A DNA stretch of 58,204 nucleotides from Girardia tigrina (taxonomy: Eukaryota): NCBI GenBank assembly GCA_001938485.1, contig MQRK01239570.1:10292-68495 (forward strand). Direction: 5' to 3'. The position numbers and the translations under genes were made by a program. The notes beneath the pieces were generated by a model. The model searched no databases, had not been told where the DNA came from, and worked only from the letters and a program-made list of their open reading frames with translations. Position 1 is the stretch's first letter, and every line of letters begins with the position of its first letter. This document shows, one piece after another, positions 53,745-58,204 of this stretch.

Positions 53745-54140
53745 TCTGGGACAAGTCACAGCAACCAGGACCTCTTGACTGTGCAGGAGTCCGGCGATCG
53801 AAGAAATTGTCCGAGTGATTTATGTGGATCGATAGCCGATTAGACCCAGTGGTCACCAATCGGTGTGCTCTCGGATATCGACCCTAGGACCTGTCGCCAC
53901 ACATGCGACGATGGCTTCCGTCTCGGATGATGGGCAGCTCAGTCGACTTATCGGGTTGTGGTGCCGTGCTTCCCCAAGTAGGGAGCCGGAAGCATCGGTC
54001 TAAACAGTCTCAAACATTGCGTAGTGATGTGGATTTATGGATGCTGCATGAAAAATTGAAGCGCAAAAATAAAAAAATGAAAATACGAACATTGTACTTT
54101 TTATTTCATCAAAATTTGAATTTTCGTTTGTGGTGACACA
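53745..54140. mobile_element. GC-rich LTR-like remnant
   Basis: Same GC-rich then AT-rich layout as family A, ending ...GGTGACACA. The left end and TSD were not found. Confidence 0.4.
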
Positions 54141-54210
54141 AAAAAAACGAATTTGTTTGAATATTCAATTTGGCAGATTTTTGAATTGTATGCAAATAAA
54201 TTATGATTAT

Positions 54211-54770
54211 TGAGGTAATGGCCATCGGATCGAGTGGTGAAGGCCGACACTCCTTATTCGTGCGGAGGTTCACTGGCGGGAATGAACAGCCGATCACTTC
54301 ACTGTTACTCGTGATCCCCACAGATCGAGTGCCCATCGGTCGACGATTCGTTTCGGGTCGCTATTGCGGTCTGTATGCAGCAGTTCTCCGCTCTGTACTG
54401 CCGAACGTGGAGCGGTGGATTCCACTTAAAATCGTAGGTGGTATCCACGATCCGCTCTCACGACACGGACGGTTTCGTTGAAGGGGCAATGCATGTCGAT
54501 GGTGCACCACGAGTGGATAGGTGCCGGTATCGCAGTCGATCGGATCGATTCCGCCAGCTGAGCGGATTTAGGAGGCTACATGTCTTTTATAATTTATTAA
54601 GTTTCACATCAAAAGAAACCGATCTGTACAGGCAAATCTTTATTTCGTTATTTAAAATGTTAACACCAATTTAATTGTGTTTAATTTCATGAAACAAAAG
54701 TAGATTTCATTTGAAAGTTTTTTCAATTTTTTGATAAGTTTTTTTATCCTCTGTTTTCACGAGCACTACA
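54211..54770. mobile_element. Solo LTR, family A relative
   Basis: TGAGGT...CGAGCACTACA, the same termini as 708-1205. TSD ATTAT / ATAAT. Confidence 0.8.
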
Positions 54771-54935
54771 ATAATTATTTCAAATCGGTTTATTTTTATG
54801 GAAACTTTGTAAATATTCTTAAATTGTGGCTGTTAGGATAATTAAATTAATATCAACACATATTTATATTTAAATTTATATATATNNNNNNNNNNNNNNN
54901 NNNNNNNNNNNNNNNNNNNNNNNNNNNNNNNNNNN

Positions 54936-55001
<66 letters not shown>

Positions 55002-55171
55002 ATTTAAGAGTTGCAGCTTATACGTTATTGTTTTAAATGCTCAAAAAATATTTTAAATTAATTTAAATATTTGTTTAAATATTCTTTAAACAAGTCATAA
55101 TTCAAATTTTTTATGGTATACTTTTATTTTACGGTTAGTTTACGTTATAATAAATTATTTCAATTTTAGCC

Positions 55172-55428
55172 ATGAGCCGATCTTCATATACCTCAGAGTC
55201 GAAATTAAGAGCAATTAAATTAGCTCAATCAAATGGAAATCATAAAGCTGCATTAGAACTCAATGTCAATGAGTCAATGATTAGAACATGGAGAAAGTAA
55301 GAAGATGAGTTGAGACAAGTTAAAAAATCTCGTAAGAGCTTTCGTGGAAACACTTCAAGATGGTCACATCTTGAAGATGATCTTAAGAATTGGGTCTATG
55401 AAATGAGATCAGTTGGTAGAAGCATTTA
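55172..55428 (+). mobile_element. pogo-like transposase N-terminal fragment
   Basis: MSRSSYTSESKLRAIKLAQSNGNHKAALELNVNESMIRTWRK*...WSHLEDDLKNWV. Confidence 0.8.
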
Positions 55429-57411
55429 AATGAAGCAGGTCCGATTACAGAAAGACCTGGTTTCCCAATGCCAAATATTAATGAGATGCTAGATTCTTTG
55501 AAAGGAGCACGATAGTTTAGTTCTATGGATTTTAGGAAACGGCTACTATCAAGTGGAGTCGGAAGAAATTCGAGATTGAAAACTACATTTTCAACAAAAA
55601 CAGGACAGTTCTGTTTAACGAGAATGCCTTTCGGTATAGCAGCTGCACCAGAGACGTTTCAAAAGTTGATGGCAGATGTTTTGTGAGATATGTTATGGAA
55701 TGACGCATTAGTTTACTTGGACGACATTTTAATATTTTCAGAAACAGAAGCACAACATTTGGACAGACTGGACAAGTTATTTTCGAAGATTCAAGCCACA
55801 TGATTCAGAATAAATCTAGAAAAGTGTAAACTTTTTCAAACAGAATTAAAATTTTTCGGTCACATCGTTAAAAATCAGGGCAATTCAAGATTTCGAAAAA
55901 CCGAATTGTATTAAAAAGTTACGCAGTTTCTTGGGGCTATGTAACTATTACAGGAAATTTATTCATCAATATTTGAAATTATTAAAACCATTGAAGGAAC
56001 TATGTGGAAGTTCAAAAGATAAACTTTATTGGTCTGACTCCCATACTGAGGCATTTAAAACATTGAAGGAAGCATTGATATCGACCCCAGTACTGTGTTA
56101 CCTTGATTTTAAAAAAGAATTTATATTAGATACTGATTTGACACTTTCGATGCAGTTTTGGCTCAAATAATTGACAAAGGTGAGGAACAAGTGATTGCAT
56201 ATGGTTTGAAAACTAAGTCAAACCTTGAAATTGGCTATTATATTACTCGAAAGAGTCATTGACGATTTTTTATTTCCCCCAACACTTTAAACATTATCTG
56301 TATGGTACAAGTTTTAAATTGCGAACCGACCTCAAAGCAATAGAATTTAGGATGACCAAGAAGAAACCAATAACATCACAATTCCAAAACTGGATTAATT
56401 ATTTAAGTAGCTTAGATATGGTTTTAGAGTGCAGAAAAGGAATATTACATCAAAATGGTGCTTTATCGAGATGCTTTATCGAGAACAGATTGCATGACAT
56501 GTGTACAATATCTTATTAGGCATGATGAAGCTAAATTAACCAAATCAAGGACAAGAATGATTGCAATAGATGAAAATGAATTGCATATCCCTTAGCAACA
56601 AAGTAACAAGGAAATTAAAGAAATATTATAAAAGTTAAAGAGTGATAGTAGTATAAATTTTAAGGAATGTAATGATTGTGTAAGAAAATTGACAGACAGA
56701 ATTTGGATCCCGAAAAACTCTAGGAAAAACTGCATAACTTTCCTTTGTAAATTTATGAGCTATGCAGGTGTGAATAAAGTATATTCTTTTATGAAAGATG
56801 AATATGATATGGATGGTTTTACCAAAGAAGTAAAATCAGTGGTTCGTAGTTCTCCTACCTGTCAGTTATCTAAAACATACACGGGAAGAACGAAGGAAGT
56901 ATCACTTGACATAGTATTTCAGCGCCTCTTAGATGATATTTATACAGATTTTTGTGGACCATTACATGTAGTTGGTGGTAAAAATAATATTTTTGGAATT
57001 ATCGACAGATTTAACAGGTATATAAGTTTAACGGCCGTGAATAGTCAAGATGAAGAAACAGTAATTACAACAATCCAACATAAGCGGATATTTCGATTTA
57101 GCGCGCCCGCAAATATTCATGTGGATCGGGGGAAAGTCTTCGAGTCAAAAAGTTTTAAAGAATATGCTAAATCTATGTTAATTACAATTCACTTTTCCAG
57201 TCCATATCATCACAGCTCAAACGGAATAATAGAACGTCAATTTCGTACTATCCGAGATGTACTGAACGCAACACTGAATGATAGAGGAGGTTCAAACTGG
57301 GTTTATATATACTCCGAGAAATTAAATTTACCATTAAAACACCCCTGTAGTAAGTCCGGTGGAAGTAATATTGGGGAAACGTTTAACATTAGATGGCTCT
57401 CATCACTATGA
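55429..57411 (+). mobile_element. Ty3/Gypsy pol pseudogene (RT, RNase H, integrase)
   Basis: RMPFG, VYLDDILIFS, FLGLCNYYRKFI, FILDTD, DFCGPL, IHVDRG and SSPYHHSSNGIIERQFRT, in Gypsy domain order, with stops and frameshifts. Confidence 0.92.
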
Positions 57412-58147
57412 CTTAGACAATAAAAAGAGTATTTAAGAAATGAAACAAATTGAGGCAAGTAAATTAGATAAATCAGTTACACCAAGACGAGAATATAAGG
57501 ATGATGATTTAGTTCTAGTAAGGATAGAGAATAGTCAAAAAGAAACAGACCGTTACGAAAAAAAACACGGAAACTACATGATCGATCTGTTGAAATGAAA
57601 AATAAAACCGGAAGAGTTATAGCTAGAAATATAGAATGACTGATAAATATAGAATGTCTGATAAAACCTGTAAAATTTATCTCAAGAAACAAATACTTTC
57701 CGGATAGAGATAAGCAAGATATGGAAAGTTTTCTTCCTCCTGTGAAGTTAGATATAAATGACTCACGGCGTATTTGAATGTTGTCGACGATATTTATATT
57801 ACTTTTCCTTATAATAGTTAATTTAAATTTAAGACTTTTAGAAAACACCTAAATATGAATATAAAACAAACTCCTAAAAGCACATGCAAATTACAAATGT
57901 AACTTACAAAAAAAAATGTAAATTACAAGAAACTTGGGAAATTCTGTTATATGAAAGTCTTGAGCGACAATTATATAGAATGAAACTTGTATTATCTTTT
58001 TAAATACGAATACAAATTTCGAATTTAAATAAATCGAAAACTATAAAATATTTAATAATTGTTAACACGAAATCATTCCAAAATCAGTAGGGGAAAAATG
58101 GGGATTCTCCCCCACCCCCCCCGGGGGGGGTCGTAACTAGTTACCGT

Positions 58148-58204
58148 GGTTGCCATGGCAACGGTCGCGGTTACCATGGCAACGGTCGCGATCACCTTAG
58201 CAAC
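58148..58204. repeat. 21-bp tandem repeat with RFX X-box-like palindromes (truncated by the window end)
   Basis: GGTTGCCATGGCAACGGTCGC / GGTTACCATGGCAACGGTCGC / GATCACCTTAGCAAC. Confidence 0.85.

Noticed and set aside
1-58204. Prokaryotic operons, defence systems, tRNA or rRNA genes
   Set aside because: None seen. The content is eukaryotic, with spliceosomal introns and eukaryotic TE superfamilies.

Overview
Very AT-rich eukaryotic, most likely animal, genomic scaffold with several N gaps. I cannot identify the organism from the sequence. It contains one intact-looking host gene, a TENT5/FAM46-family non-canonical poly(A) polymerase on the + strand. Its two coding exons (9211-9439 and 42829-43811, about 403 aa) are joined by one phase-matched GT-AG intron of about 33.4 kb that splits the catalytic motif. 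Almost everything else is decayed, often nested transposable elements: Tc1/mariner, pogo, hAT, MULE, Gypsy, BEL/Pao, solo LTRs, MITEs and Penelope-like elements. The most notable observations are three degenerate minimal hammerhead ribozymes in Penelope-like repeats (one split by a MULE insertion), a solo LTR with three ~50-nt GT-AG introns, an intron inside a Tc1 transposase, a ubiquitin-fusion pseudogene between direct repeats, and a palindrome/RFX X-box array at the right edge. All calls come from manual reading and motif recognition. No searches were run.
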